A DNA stretch of 59,266 bases, filler included, from 6 parts of 6 records of this genome joined end to end with filler, not necessarily neighbours in it; one strand, 5' to 3'. Positions 1 through 9,984 are shown, numbered from the whole stretch's first letter. The notes: generated by a model from the letters alone, not told the origin. A program made the numbers and translations.

Positions 1-174
1 TCGCAGCACGGCGCGCGCCGTCACCGACTTGCCACAGCCGCTTTCGCCCACCAGCGCCAAGGTCTTGCCCGGCGTCAGGCTCAGATCGACCTGCCGCACG
101 GCTTCGATATCGGCCTCGTCGGGCGAGGAGAACACGATCGACATATTGTCGATTTTCAGAAGAGGTTTGTTCAT
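1..174 (-). CDS. Dpp/Opp-family ABC transporter ATP-binding protein, N-terminal part (runs off window start)
   Basis: Manual translation from ATG at 174: [15 protein letters not shown]...[20 protein letters not shown], with Walker A GESGCGKS. It follows two permeases and is absent from the ORF track. Confidence 0.93.
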   Translation of the reverse strand, partial: MNKPLLKIDNMSIVFSSPDEADIEAVRQVDLSLTPGKTLALVGESGCGKSVTARAVLR

Positions 175-200
175 GACCTTGCCTCTGCGATTGTCGGAGA

Positions 201-235
201 ACCCCCACCCCTGGTCACTCCCCACAAAGGGGAGG
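201..235. repeat. Short intergenic palindrome resembling Rhizobiales REP/RIME-type repeats
   Basis: ACCCCCACCCCTGGTCACTCCCCACAAAGGGGAGG contains the hairpin CTCCCC-ACAAA-GGGGAG. It resembles the CCCCCACCCC..CTCCCCACAAGGGGGAGG repeats I recall from alphaproteobacterial intergenic regions. Only one copy is in the window. Confidence 0.5.
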
Positions 236-276
236 CAATGCGGGTGGTGGTATCGTCAGCACGCATAATCATCATC

Positions 277-1428
277 TCATCGCCCATGTGGATCAGCGGC
301 ATCACGAAGGCCGTCTCCGAAAAAGTTCATTGCCAGAATGATGATGACCACGCAGATGCCCGGCGTCAGCAGCCACGGCGCGGTCGCCAGCGTGCGGATA
401 TTCTGCGCGTCCTGCAGCAGCGTCCCCCAGCTCACGATCGGGGCCTGCAGCCCCAGCCCAAGAAAGCTCAGCGCGGTTTCAGCCAGGATCATGCCCGGAA
501 TGGCCAGCGTCGCTGCCGCAATGATGTGGCTGGTGAAGCTGGGCACCATGTGCCGGGTGATGATGCGCCAGTCGCTGGCCCCATCCAGTTGCGCAGCGGT
601 CACGAAATCCTCGGTGCGCAGGCTCAGGAAGCGCCCCCGCACCACCCGCGCCAGCTCGGTCCAGCCGATCAGGCTCAGGATGATGGTGATGGCGAAATAG
701 GTCTGCAGCGCCGTCCAGTCCTTGGGCATGGCAGCGGCCAGACCTAGCCAGAGCGGAATGGTCGGCATGGAGCGGATGAACTCCACCACACGCATCACCG
801 CACTGTCGAACCAGCCGCCATAATAGCCGGCAAACCCGCCAATGATGATGCCGAAGAACAGGCTCATCGTCACACCGGCCAGACCGATGGAAAGCGAAAT
901 GCGCGTCCCGTGGATCAACCGGCTCAACAGGTCACGGCCCAGCCGGTCCGCACCCAGCACATAAAGTGGGGCCCGCGGCACCGACACGCCGAACAGCTTG
1001 GTCGACATCGGGATGAAGCCGGCCAGCAGATACGGTTTGCTCTCGGCAAACAGCGTGATTGGCAGCCGCTCGGTCTCGTCGATCACAAAGGTGCGGCGCA
1101 GCGCGACCGGGTCGATTTCGGTCTTGTAGCCATAGACATAGGGCCCGAAGGTCCAGCTGCCGTCTTCCTGCACGGCCACGAAATTGATGCCCTGTGGCGG
1201 CGCATAGGTATAGCGCGGATTATAGGCCGAGGGATCGGTGGGCGCCAGAAACTCGGCGAAGATGGCAATCAGGTAGAAGGCGATCACCACCCACAGGCTG
1301 ACCAGCGCCAGCTTGTGCCGTTTGAAGCGGCGCCACATCAGCGCCGTCTGGCTTTCCCGTACCGCCTTTTTGGGCGTCACTTCCGCCATGCTCAGCGTCC
1401 CGTCATCTGCGTGAATGTTCATGGTCAT
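277..1428 (-). CDS. ABC transporter permease (DppC/OppC family)
   Basis: 383 aa; WRRFKRHKLAL N-terminus, LGADRLGRDLLSRLIHGTRISL, EAA loop FVTAAQLDGAS, C-terminal NFFGDGLRDAADP. Confidence 0.95.
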   Translation of the reverse strand: MTMNIHADDGTLSMAEVTPKKAVRESQTALMWRRFKRHKLALVSLWVVIAFYLIAIFAEFLAPTDPSAYNPRYTYAPPQGINFVAVQEDGSWTFGPYVYGYKTEIDPVALRRTFVIDETERLPITLFAESKPYLLAGFIPMSTKLFGVSVPRAPLYVLGADRLGRDLLSRLIHGTRISLSIGLAGVTMSLFFGIIIGGFAGYYGGWFDSAVMRVVEFIRSMPTIPLWLGLAAAMPKDWTALQTYFAITIILSLIGWTELARVVRGRFLSLRTEDFVTAAQLDGASDWRIITRHMVPSFTSHIIAAATLAIPGMILAETALSFLGLGLQAPIVSWGTLLQDAQNIRTLATAPWLLTPGICVVIIILAMNFFGDGLRDAADPHGR

Positions 1429-2418
1429 TTACTTGCCGCCATACCGGATGCGCGGATCGATCCAGGCCAGCAGGATGTCCGAAATCAACGTACCGACCAC
1501 CGTCAGCACACTCAGCAGCAGGATGATGGCCCCTGCCAGATACATGTCCTGCGTCGTCAGCGAGCGCAGCAGCATCGGTCCGGCCGTCGGCAGGTTCATC
1601 ACCACTGACACGATCACCGAGCCCGACACCAGCGCCGGCAACAGCCAGCCAATGGTGGAGACCAGCGGGTTGAGCGCCAGACGAACAGGATATTTCAGAA
1701 TGACGCGCCACTCCGGCAGGCCCTTGGCCCGGGCCGTGGTCACATAGGGCTTTTTAAGCTCATCAAGCAGGTTGGCGCGCAGAATGCGGATCAGTTCGGC
1801 TGTACCGGCCGTGGCCAGCACCAGCACCGGGATCCAGGCATTGGACAGGAAGTCCCACAGCTTGGCCAGGCTCCAGCGCGCGTTCTCGAATTCGGGCGAA
1901 TACAGCCCGCCAATGGTTTCGCCGAACCAGGTAAAGCTGAGATACATCAGGATCAGCGCGAAAAAGAAGTTCGGCACAGCCAGGCCGATAAAGCCCAGCA
2001 CGGTCGCCAGATAATCGCCCAGCGAGTATTTGCGCACAGCGGCGTAGATCCCGATTGGCAGCGCGATCAGCCACATGGCGATCACCGCAATGCCTTCGAG
2101 CAGGATCGAATTGCCCAGCCGGCCCCAGATCAGTTCGGACACCGGCCGCTTCCACTCAAAGCTCTGGCCGAAATTACCCACCATGATGCCGCTCACCCAT
2201 TTCCAGTACTGCACCAGATAGGGCTCGCCCAGGCCGTATTGCTGGCGCAGGTTCTCGATCACCTTGGGGTCGACCTGCTCGCCGGTCGCCGAAAGCTGGG
2301 CAATATAGGCGGTCAGATAATCGCCGGGTGGCAGCTGGATGATAGCGAAGGCCACAAACGAGATGGCAAACATCGTCAGCACCATGGCGATGAAACGCCG
2401 GATCACGAACTGGACCAT
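1429..2418 (-). CDS. ABC transporter permease (DppB/OppB family)
   Basis: 329 aa; YVTTARAKGL EAA motif and terminal DPRIR. Its stop codon directly abuts the next ATG. Confidence 0.95.
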   Translation of the reverse strand: MVQFVIRRFIAMVLTMFAISFVAFAIIQLPPGDYLTAYIAQLSATGEQVDPKVIENLRQQYGLGEPYLVQYWKWVSGIMVGNFGQSFEWKRPVSELIWGRLGNSILLEGIAVIAMWLIALPIGIYAAVRKYSLGDYLATVLGFIGLAVPNFFFALILMYLSFTWFGETIGGLYSPEFENARWSLAKLWDFLSNAWIPVLVLATAGTAELIRILRANLLDELKKPYVTTARAKGLPEWRVILKYPVRLALNPLVSTIGWLLPALVSGSVIVSVVMNLPTAGPMLLRSLTTQDMYLAGAIILLLSVLTVVGTLISDILLAWIDPRIRYGGK

Positions 2419-2445
2419 TGTCGGATACTCTAGTCGGTTTCAGGG

Positions 2446-2476
2446 TCCCCCCGCGGCCATTGCGGCCGCGAGGGGA
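2446..2476. other. GC-rich intergenic hairpin after the substrate-binding gene (probable mRNA stabiliser or partial terminator)
   Basis: TCCCCCCGCGGCC-ATTGC-GGCCGCGAGGGGA, 13-bp stem with one mismatch, between the SBP stop and the permease start. Confidence 0.55.
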
Positions 2477-2504
2477 TCGGGCGGGAGGGGAGGACGTCCC
2501 CCGC

Positions 2505-4436
2505 TTACTTGAAGTACCAGGTGGCCGGATCCATCGGCGATGGCGTCGGGAACAGCCAGGCGTTGAACATCGTCTCAGGCGCATTGCCCAGATTGTTCTT
2601 GATGATCGAATAGCCGTTCGGCATCAGGCTGACGCCGATCACCGGGAACTGCTCCTTGGTGATCGCCAGGATCTGCTTCATCAGGTCAGCACGCTGATCG
2701 GGATCGCTCGAGGAACGGATCTGCTTGTAGAGCTCCATCTGTTCCTTGGCCCAGTCAGCGGGCTCTTCGGCGATTTCAGGACGCGTGCCGTTGAACCACT
2801 GTGCCCAGCGCCAGGCCCAGACCGATTCATCATTGGCCGGGAAGTAGTAGCGGGGCTCCTGCACCACTTCGAGACCACCGTCGCCGGCCCAGACCTGCGC
2901 ATCGAACTCATTGCCCGGGCGCTTGTCGTAGAACAGCGTACGGTCGATATTGTTGAGCTCGATTTCAATGCCGACCGAGCTGAGCTGTAGCTGCATGATT
3001 TCGAGAATATCGATCCATTCCGGCCGCAGCGAGGAGATCACATCGACCGTGATCTTGGCCGGACGGCCGTCACTCATCAGGCGGACGCCGTCACCATTGG
3101 TTTCGGTAAGGCCGGCCGCTTCAAGATGCTCGATCGCGCTTTCGGGATTGAACTCGGTGTACTGCTTGGCCAGCTCTTCGTCATAGAAAGGCGATTCCGG
3201 ACGCGGTGCCACCTGGAAGGGTTCACCCTGACCGGTGAACACCACATCGACGATCTCTTCGCGGTCAATGGCTTCGGAGATGCCGATGCGGAAGTTCTTG
3301 TCCTGATACAGCGCCCGCTTGACCGGATCGTCATGGTTGAAGTTGAGCTGCAGCACCAGCGTATTGGACGCCGATGGGATGATCTCGCCCAGGTGATAAT
3401 CGCCCGCTTCCTGCCCGTCATAGAACAGTGGCTTGTTGGTATTGGTGGCGATGTGGCGTTCTTGGAAATCGATCTCGCCATTGAGCGCCAGCAGTGTCAG
3501 CTCTTCGATGGATTCGCTGACCCGCATGTCCAGATGATCCATATAGGGCAGCTGGTTACCCTCGGCGTCGACCTTCCAGTAATAGGGGTTGCGATCCCAG
3601 GTCACGTGGCTCGCATTGGCCGACAGGGGCTGGTCGATCACCCAGGCATACAGCGTTGGCAGATCAGGATTGGAGAAACGGATGGTTTCCCAGCCCCAGG
3701 CGCAACGGTCCTGCAGATACAGCGCCCAGCTCGAAAAGCCCTTGGCTTCGGCTTCGGCAGCGGCATTCTCGTTATATTTGGGGTGGAACTGGCTGCAATA
3801 GGCCTTCTGCAGCGAGGTGATGTGAATGCCGTTCACGCTGGCCATTTCGTCCATCAGCATGCCATTGGGCTGATCGAACCGGAACTTGAACGTGTAATCG
3901 TCAATCACCTCGAGATGCACGGGATTGTTGACGTTGTCGATCCAGCTGCCGGCCGGATAATCGGGGTCGTTATAGATCTCGACGGCAAATTCGATATCGG
4001 CACTGGTGAACGGGGTGCCGTCCGACCACTTCACGCCCTGACGCAGATGGAAGGTGTATTCGGTGGCGTCTTCATTGGCTTCCCAGCTCTCGGCCAGGTT
4101 GGGCACCACGGTCTTCCATTCCTGGTCAAACCGCACCAGACCTTCATAGGCCACGGTCTTGACGATCAGCCCGTTATCGCCGCCGCCGCGCATGCCCATA
4201 TGCCAGGTGCCGCCATAGGTGCCGATGCTGTCGGCATTGAGCACCAGCGGATTGGCAGGCAGGCGCTCTTCCAGCGGCGGCAGGTCACCGCTGGCCACCA
4301 GCGCATCAAGCTCGGGCGCCTGTTGCGCCAGCGCCGGTCCGGCAGCCGCAAGCAGTGCGCTCAGCGCAACCGCACCGGCCAGACGCAGACCGTTGCGGCC
4401 TCGCATGCGACCGAAATTTGCATCATGTCTCATCAT
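2505..4436 (-). CDS. ABC transporter substrate-binding protein, SBP family 5 (long, oligosaccharide-type)
   Basis: 643 aa; signal peptide ending ALA-QQ; LPPLEERLP, LRQGVKWSDGTPFTSAD and RNPYYWKVDAEGNQLPY motifs; RBS GGGAGG upstream. Confidence 0.93.
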   Translation of the reverse strand: MMRHDANFGRMRGRNGLRLAGAVALSALLAAAGPALAQQAPELDALVASGDLPPLEERLPANPLVLNADSIGTYGGTWHMGMRGGGDNGLIVKTVAYEGLVRFDQEWKTVVPNLAESWEANEDATEYTFHLRQGVKWSDGTPFTSADIEFAVEIYNDPDYPAGSWIDNVNNPVHLEVIDDYTFKFRFDQPNGMLMDEMASVNGIHITSLQKAYCSQFHPKYNENAAAEAEAKGFSSWALYLQDRCAWGWETIRFSNPDLPTLYAWVIDQPLSANASHVTWDRNPYYWKVDAEGNQLPYMDHLDMRVSESIEELTLLALNGEIDFQERHIATNTNKPLFYDGQEAGDYHLGEIIPSASNTLVLQLNFNHDDPVKRALYQDKNFRIGISEAIDREEIVDVVFTGQGEPFQVAPRPESPFYDEELAKQYTEFNPESAIEHLEAAGLTETNGDGVRLMSDGRPAKITVDVISSLRPEWIDILEIMQLQLSSVGIEIELNNIDRTLFYDKRPGNEFDAQVWAGDGGLEVVQEPRYYFPANDESVWAWRWAQWFNGTRPEIAEEPADWAKEQMELYKQIRSSSDPDQRADLMKQILAITKEQFPVIGVSLMPNGYSIIKNNLGNAPETMFNAWLFPTPSPMDPATWYFK

Positions 4437-4575
4437 AGTCCTCCCTTTCCGGGCTTTCCCTCACCCGGGTTCTCGTCAGGCGCATGCCGACACAGTGTCG
4501 TCATCCGTAACTGCGTGGATGGTTTGGGCATCCACGCCCTCTTCTTGCCGGTCGTTGACCGGCGCTCCCGCTCGT

Positions 4576-6399
4576 TCAGAACGGTGAGATCTCCAGCACC
4601 ACCTTGCCGGTCGCTGCCTGTCCCGCCGCTGTAAACAGCACACGGGTCAGATCGACCGAGGGGGCATATTGTTTTTCGACGCCGGGGTGGCGTTCGGTAT
4701 CGACCTGCACAATGGCCGGGTCGAACCCCACCACCACCCCGCCATTGTCATCGCCAATGCGCACCGTGGCGCTGCCGACCTGCACGGCCAGCGGGGTGAC
4801 CAGCGCGGACACGAACTGCCCGCCACCATCGGCAAAACTGAAATTGTCCGTGAGTTCGATCCGCCCACCGGGCTCGGCGCGGTCAAACACCACATCGCGC
4901 TCTAGCGTCTTGAGCCCTGCTGCTGCCGGATAGGCCGCTGCCATCTCGAGCCGCAGCCGATCCTGCTCGGCGCCATGACCATGCTCGAGCACGCGCGCGG
5001 CATGCGCGGCGCCTTCGGCCTGCGCATGGCCATTGACCACCGGCACCGAATGCCCGCGCGAGGAGGCCATGATGTTCTCGTACCGCTCGCGGCCGAAATA
5101 GGATTTGGAATAGCGCCCGCGCCCCGGATCTGTCAGCACGACGCGGCCATTGTGCACCACCATGAACGAGCCAACATCGTTCTGGTTATGCATCTCGTCA
5201 TTGTGCCCGCCCTTGATCGCCAGCCGCAGCGAACCGGGATTATCCGGGTCCAGCCGGCTGATCATCCAGGCCATGTCGGCGTACCAGTCATGCGCTGTGC
5301 CCCCGAAAGCGGTTTCGCTTTTCGGCAGCGGCCACGCATATTGCCGCAATGGCCAGACGAACTGGTTGAAGCCTTGCACCGTAAAGTCGTTGCTCATGCC
5401 CAGCTGGGTCAGCGAAGGAAGGTCAAGCCGCTCGGCCAGATAGGCCAGCAGCCCGGGATGAAACTGCGGGGTGCTGTCGGAATCCGAGAAGCTCGCCCAG
5501 ATGCCCTGGGTCAAAATGGTGCGCACCGGAAATTCGGCAATCGCCCGCACCCGCGCGTCATTCAGCAGATCGATCTGCCCGCCCGTGCGCGCCGCCAGCA
5601 ACTGCGCCAGCACCACATAATTGCCGAAGCCATAGGACCAGTAATCGGGTCCTTCGCTCGATCCACCCTGGCTGTCAAAGGTCTCCAGATAGTCGGCCAG
5701 GCTGTGCAGCCCGCGCGTGATGATCTCGGCCAGCCGATCCAGATCGTTTTCGAAATAGCACGCAGCGCCAACCACCCCGGCGACACACACCGCCGTCCAG
5801 TTATTGACCTGCTTTTGCGGCGTGGTGTGCAGCCACCAGTGATCATTGCGCTCAAGGAACGGGGCGATGGCGCGCCGATCGGTCTCGCTGCGCAACCGGG
5901 CGCGCAAGGGTGCCGACAGCCTGTCGCCGATCAGATAATCCATCTCCGCCAGATCCAGCGCGCTCATCGCTGCAGCCAGATCAAGCGTCGGCCGATCCGG
6001 CATGTCGAGCACCCGCCCATGCGCAGGCCAGGACCAGTTGGTCTCTTCGAGCCGTGCGAAGGCCAGATTTTCAATCGCGTCGATAAAGGCGCCTTCGCCC
6101 TCAAGCCATTCAGCCAGGGTCAGGCGATACAACATCTGCCGCCGCTCGCGCTGGGCATCTTCATAGCCCTCGCGCCGACCGGTCCGCATGAATTCCAGAT
6201 AGAGCGCAGCGGGCAGCGCCGGAATGGGCGCGACCGCATCGGCCCGCGCCTGCTCGAGCAGCCCCGCCAGAGCCTGCGACCCGATAGTGGATTTGATGCG
6301 CGCAACACCCTGCTCACCGCTTCTGGCAAACGGCGTAAACGCGGGCGCTGTCGCCAGCACCATGCGCACATGTTTGACATTCCACCGGCGCAAATCCAC
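4576..6399 (-). CDS. Heparinase II/III-like polysaccharide lyase (alpha/alpha toroid plus beta-sandwich), no signal peptide
   Basis: 607 aa; NNWTAVC, SEGPDYWSYG, FSDS, KGGHNDEMHNQNDVGSF, DPGRGRY and HSVPVVNG motifs typical of heparinase II/III-like lyases. Confidence 0.82.
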   Translation of the reverse strand: MDLRRWNVKHVRMVLATAPAFTPFARSGEQGVARIKSTIGSQALAGLLEQARADAVAPIPALPAALYLEFMRTGRREGYEDAQRERRQMLYRLTLAEWLEGEGAFIDAIENLAFARLEETNWSWPAHGRVLDMPDRPTLDLAAAMSALDLAEMDYLIGDRLSAPLRARLRSETDRRAIAPFLERNDHWWLHTTPQKQVNNWTAVCVAGVVGAACYFENDLDRLAEIITRGLHSLADYLETFDSQGGSSEGPDYWSYGFGNYVVLAQLLAARTGGQIDLLNDARVRAIAEFPVRTILTQGIWASFSDSDSTPQFHPGLLAYLAERLDLPSLTQLGMSNDFTVQGFNQFVWPLRQYAWPLPKSETAFGGTAHDWYADMAWMISRLDPDNPGSLRLAIKGGHNDEMHNQNDVGSFMVVHNGRVVLTDPGRGRYSKSYFGRERYENIMASSRGHSVPVVNGHAQAEGAAHAARVLEHGHGAEQDRLRLEMAAAYPAAAGLKTLERDVVFDRAEPGGRIELTDNFSFADGGGQFVSALVTPLAVQVGSATVRIGDDNGGVVVGFDPAIVQVDTERHPGVEKQYAPSVDLTRVLFTAAGQAATGKVVLEISPF

Positions 6400-6490
6400 G
6401 TCGCACTCCCCGCCTCAGCATCCCGCGGTCCCTCGACCGTCTCCTCGATTGCTGATGTCGGAAAGGCTATTGCACAACTTGCGCTATTTC

Positions 6491-6540
6491 AAGCAATTTG
6501 CGCAAATCACGCAAGTTACGCAAATTTGTTCATTTTGCGT
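6491..6540. promoter_or_regulatory. Candidate operator array (RCGCAA, 9-bp period) upstream of the lyase-ABC operon
   Basis: AAGCAATTT GCGCAAATC ACGCAAGTT ACGCAAATT, including the perfect palindrome ATTTGCGCAAAT (6496-6507). The same motif recurs upstream of the LacI gene. Confidence 0.6.
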
Positions 6541-6641
6541 TGTCCGAGCAATGACATAGCGTGTCGATAACCACCGTGCGCGCCCCTCAACGTGCACAGT
6601 CTGCTAACATTTTTACTCAGGGAGTGTTGAAATATCCGGCG

Positions 6642-7649
6642 TCAGACAACGGTCGAGACGGTTTCGCCCTCGACCATTTTGACGCCAACCTCAAGCTGCT
6701 GCACGGCGGTTTCGCCGTCCATATGCTGCCCCAGCAAGCGGATGGCACCGCGCCCGATTGCCTCGCGATCCACCCGGATCGTACTCAGCCGCGGCGTCGC
6801 CATGCCGGCCAGCGGCAGATCATCAAAGCCGATGATCGAGAACCCCCCAGGCACCGGACTGTCCGGCGCATACAGCCCCTCCAGCATTTCGACCGCAGCA
6901 ATGTCGTTCCAGCTGAACAGCGCCGTCACATCGTGCTTACCCGCCAGCACATCGGCCAGTAATTCCTCGGTATGGCGGTCCGCCGAATTGACGATAACGC
7001 CTTGTGCGCCGGGCGTTGCCGCGATCGCGGCCTCAAAGCCGCGCTGGCGCTGCAGGATGGTGGGCCGGTAGCGATGGGTATAGTGCAGGATACGGCGATG
7101 CCCGGCATCAAGCAGCCGCTGCGTGGCCAGATACGCGCCATAGAAATTGGCCGGCGATACCGAACTCAGGCGCATTTGCGGGTCACTGCCATTGACCAGA
7201 ATGCACGGGATATCCTCGGCAGCGGACCACACCGCAAGCTCGTCCCAGGCATCGATCCCGGCCAGCAGCACACCGCCTGCATCGGCCTGCGCCAGCTGTT
7301 TGCGGATCATGTCCAGCGTCACCATCTGGTCATTGACCAGCCGCACATCCAGCGTCATCCCCGCCTCGGCAGCCTGCTGGCGCATGCCCTCGACAATACC
7401 GAAATAAAACCCCGACAGCCCGCTGGTCGCACTGCCCAGCGGCACCAGCGCAACCGCGCGCTTATCCCCGCTCGCCGCCCCTGTGATATGCTTGGATTTA
7501 TAGCCCAGCGTGCGCGCCATCCGCTGCACATCGCGCCGCACCACATCGCTAATGCCGATTTCATTGGCCAGCGCACGCGATACCGTGCTTACCGAAACGC
7601 CGAGGCGCTCGGCAATGTCGGCCTGATTTGCGCGCTTCTGCACTGCCAC
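6642..7649 (-). CDS. LacI-family transcriptional regulator
   Basis: 335 aa, GTG start; HTH QADIAERLGVSVSTVSRAL; C-terminal IIGFDDLPLA..PRLSTIR. Confidence 0.95.
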   Translation of the reverse strand: MAVQKRANQADIAERLGVSVSTVSRALANEIGISDVVRRDVQRMARTLGYKSKHITGAASGDKRAVALVPLGSATSGLSGFYFGIVEGMRQQAAEAGMTLDVRLVNDQMVTLDMIRKQLAQADAGGVLLAGIDAWDELAVWSAAEDIPCILVNGSDPQMRLSSVSPANFYGAYLATQRLLDAGHRRILHYTHRYRPTILQRQRGFEAAIAATPGAQGVIVNSADRHTEELLADVLAGKHDVTALFSWNDIAAVEMLEGLYAPDSPVPGGFSIIGFDDLPLAGMATPRLSTIRVDREAIGRGAIRLLGQHMDGETAVQQLEVGVKMVEGETVSTVV

Positions 7650-7671
7650 GGGTCTGCCTCACTTGCTATCT

Positions 7672-7698
7672 ACGCAATATTTGCGTTTCTTGCGCAAG
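7672..7698. promoter_or_regulatory. Candidate autoregulatory operator upstream of the LacI gene
   Basis: ACGCAA-TAT-TTGCGT-TTC-TTGCGCAAG: inverted ACGCAA pair plus the perfect palindrome CTTGCGCAAG. Confidence 0.6.
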
Positions 7699-7804
7699 GC
7701 AAGCCCTTCCGGCAATTATCCCCTACACACCAAAGCGCTGCCCCAGCCACTTCATCTGCTCGCGCTCCTGAAAAGGCCCGCCGCCTTCGTGATTGTTGAA
7801 CTCA

Positions 7805-7904
7805 NNNNNNNNNNNNNNNNNNNNNNNNNNNNNNNNNNNNNNNNNNNNTTAATTAATTAANNNNNNNNNNNNNNNNNNNNNNNNNNNNNNNNNNNNNNNN
7901 NNNN
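7805..7904. other. Artificial contig linker
   Basis: N44-TTAATTAATTAA-N44, which gives stops in all six frames. Confidence 0.99.
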
Positions 7905-7905
7905 C

Positions 7906-8778
7906 ACGCTGATCGACTACCGCTTCCAGCAGCATTTCAAGGCCAAGACCGGTGGCCATGGCATGGGCCGCAACCGCACCGGCGCCGGTGGTGACAGCGT
8001 CACCATGAAAGTGCCCGCCGGTACCCAGATCTTCGAGGAAGACAACGAGACGCTGATTTGCGATCTCACCGAGATCGGCCAGCGCTACCGCCTGGCAGTC
8101 GGCGGCAATGGCGGCTTCGGCAACGCCCATTTCAAATCCGCCACCAACCAGGCCCCGCGTCACGCCAATCCCGGTCTTGAAGGACAGGAAAAAAACATCT
8201 GGCTCCGGCTCAAGCTGATCGCCGATGCAGGCCTGATCGGCCTGCCCAATGCCGGCAAGTCGACATTCCTCGCCTCTGTCACCCGGGCGCGGCCGAAGAT
8301 CGCCAATTATCCCTTCACCACTCTGCATCCGAACCTCGGCGTTGCCACCATCGACGGACGCGAATTCGTGCTTGCAGACATTCCCGGCCTGATCGAAGGC
8401 GCCCATGAGGGCGTTGGCATCGGCGACCGGTTTCTCGGCCATGTCGAGCGCACCCGGGTGCTGCTGCATCTGGTCTCTGCACTCGAGGAAGACGTGGGCA
8501 AGGCCTACAAGACGGTCCGCCATGAGCTGGAGGCCTATGGTCACGGCATCGCCGAAAAGCCCGAAATCGTGGCGCTGAGCCAGGTTGATGTGGTCGACGC
8601 CACGCAGCGCGCCGAAAAGGTTCGCGCACTCAAGAAGGCCTGCGGACGCGCACCTTACGAAATTTCCGCCATCACCGGTGAAGGCATGACCGGCGGGCTC
8701 CGGGCGCTGCGCGACATCATCGTCGGGGCCAAGGCCGAAGACGCTGAAAAGGCTGCTGTGGACAGCAAGAAAGACTGA
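7906..8778 (+). CDS. obgE: GTPase ObgE/CgtA (5'-truncated by contig edge)
   Basis: Frame open from the contig start ([13 protein letters not shown]..); [31 protein letters not shown]; adjacent to proB. Confidence 0.97.
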   Translation, partial: TLIDYRFQQHFKAKTGGHGMGRNRTGAGGDSVTMKVPAGTQIFEEDNETLICDLTEIGQRYRLAVGGNGGFGNAHFKSATNQAPRHANPGLEGQEKNIWLRLKLIADAGLIGLPNAGKSTFLASVTRARPKIANYPFTTLHPNLGVATIDGREFVLADIPGLIEGAHEGVGIGDRFLGHVERTRVLLHLVSALEEDVGKAYKTVRHELEAYGHGIAEKPEIVALSQVDVVDATQRAEKVRALKKACGRAPYEISAITGEGMTGGLRALRDIIVGAKAEDAEKAAVDSKKD

Positions 8779-8780
8779 CC

Positions 8781-9902
8781 ATGGCCGCCCACCGGAAACC
8801 TGTTTCGGCGCACAAGCGCATTGTCATCAAGATCGGCTCCGCGCTGCTGGTGGATCGTACCAGCGGCTTGAAATCCGCCTGGCTCGAATCACTGTGCGCC
8901 GACATCGCGGATCTCAAAAACGCCGGAGCGGAAGTTCTGGTGGTCTCCTCCGGCGCCATCGCCATGGGCCGAACCGTGCTTGGCCTGCCGGGCGGTCCGC
9001 TGCGGCTTGAGGAAAGCCAGGCAGCAGCAGCCGTCGGCCAGATCGCACTGGCGCGTGCCTGGTCGGGAAGTCTCTCCACCCACGACATCGTCGCCGGGCA
9101 GATCCTGCTGACGCTGGGAGACACCGAAGAGCGCCGCCGCTATCTCAATGCCCGCGCCACCATGGGCGAACTGATGCGTCACGGCGCGGTCCCGATCATC
9201 AACGAGAACGACACCGTCGCCACCAGCGAAATCCGCTATGGCGACAATGACCGGCTGGCCGCCCGCGTCGCCACCATGGCCGGCGCCGATCTGCTGGTGC
9301 TGATGTCCGATATCGACGGGCTCTACACTGCCCCGCCACACCTTGATCCGGACGCCCGCTTTCTTGAAATCATCGACGCGATCACCCCGGAGATCGAGGC
9401 CATGGCAGGCGATGCCGGGTCTGAACTCTCGCGCGGCGGCATGAAGACCAAGATCGATGCCGGCAAGATTGCCACCGGCGCCGGTTGCGCCATGATCATC
9501 GCCTCGGGCAAATCGGATCACCCGCTCTCGGCAATCGACAAGGGTGCCAGATCAAGCTGGTTCCAGCCGTCGGGCACGCCTCAGTCGGCGCGCAAGATCT
9601 GGATCGCCGGCCAGCTTGATCCTGCCGGCAGGCTGACCATCGACTCTGGCGCCGAAAAGGCGCTTCGATCCGGCAAGAGCCTGCTGCCGGCTGGCGTCAA
9701 GGCAATCAGCGGCCTCTTCCATCGTGGCGACCCGGTTGCAATCTGCGACGCCAACGGCCGGGAGATTGCCCGCGGATTGTCGAGCTATGATGCAGACGAG
9801 GCGCTGCGCATCGCCGGCCGAAAGTCGGCGGAAATCCAAGCCATTCTGGGCTATTCCGGCCGCGCTGCGATGATCCACCGCGATGACATGGTCATCAGCT
9901 GA
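8781..9902 (+). CDS. proB: Glutamate 5-kinase
   Basis: 373 aa; [31 protein letters not shown]-terminal PUA domain. Confidence 0.97.
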   Translation: MAAHRKPVSAHKRIVIKIGSALLVDRTSGLKSAWLESLCADIADLKNAGAEVLVVSSGAIAMGRTVLGLPGGPLRLEESQAAAAVGQIALARAWSGSLSTHDIVAGQILLTLGDTEERRRYLNARATMGELMRHGAVPIINENDTVATSEIRYGDNDRLAARVATMAGADLLVLMSDIDGLYTAPPHLDPDARFLEIIDAITPEIEAMAGDAGSELSRGGMKTKIDAGKIATGAGCAMIIASGKSDHPLSAIDKGARSSWFQPSGTPQSARKIWIAGQLDPAGRLTIDSGAEKALRSGKSLLPAGVKAISGLFHRGDPVAICDANGREIARGLSSYDADEALRIAGRKSAEIQAILGYSGRAAMIHRDDMVIS

Positions 9903-9984
9903 AACGCCCAGAACGCCTCCCGGCTTTACGGCGTCATCCCGATTGCGTAAGAAACCTGCCTGATCGCAAGCCGGGAGTAGCACC

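Noticed and set aside
3126..6570. Long + strand ORFs (502 aa and 531 aa) opposite the SBP and lyase genes; likewise 54450-56336 (628 aa)
   Set aside because: Antisense shadow ORFs typical of GC-rich coding DNA, with no recognisable motifs.
7663..8544. ORFs ending in X-runs and LIN
   Set aside because: Artefacts of translating through the N/TTAATTAATTAA linker; the same applies at the other linkers.
8570..8592. ObgE G4 motif SQVD instead of NKxD
   Set aside because: I recall this as a common variant in Rhizobiales Obg proteins.
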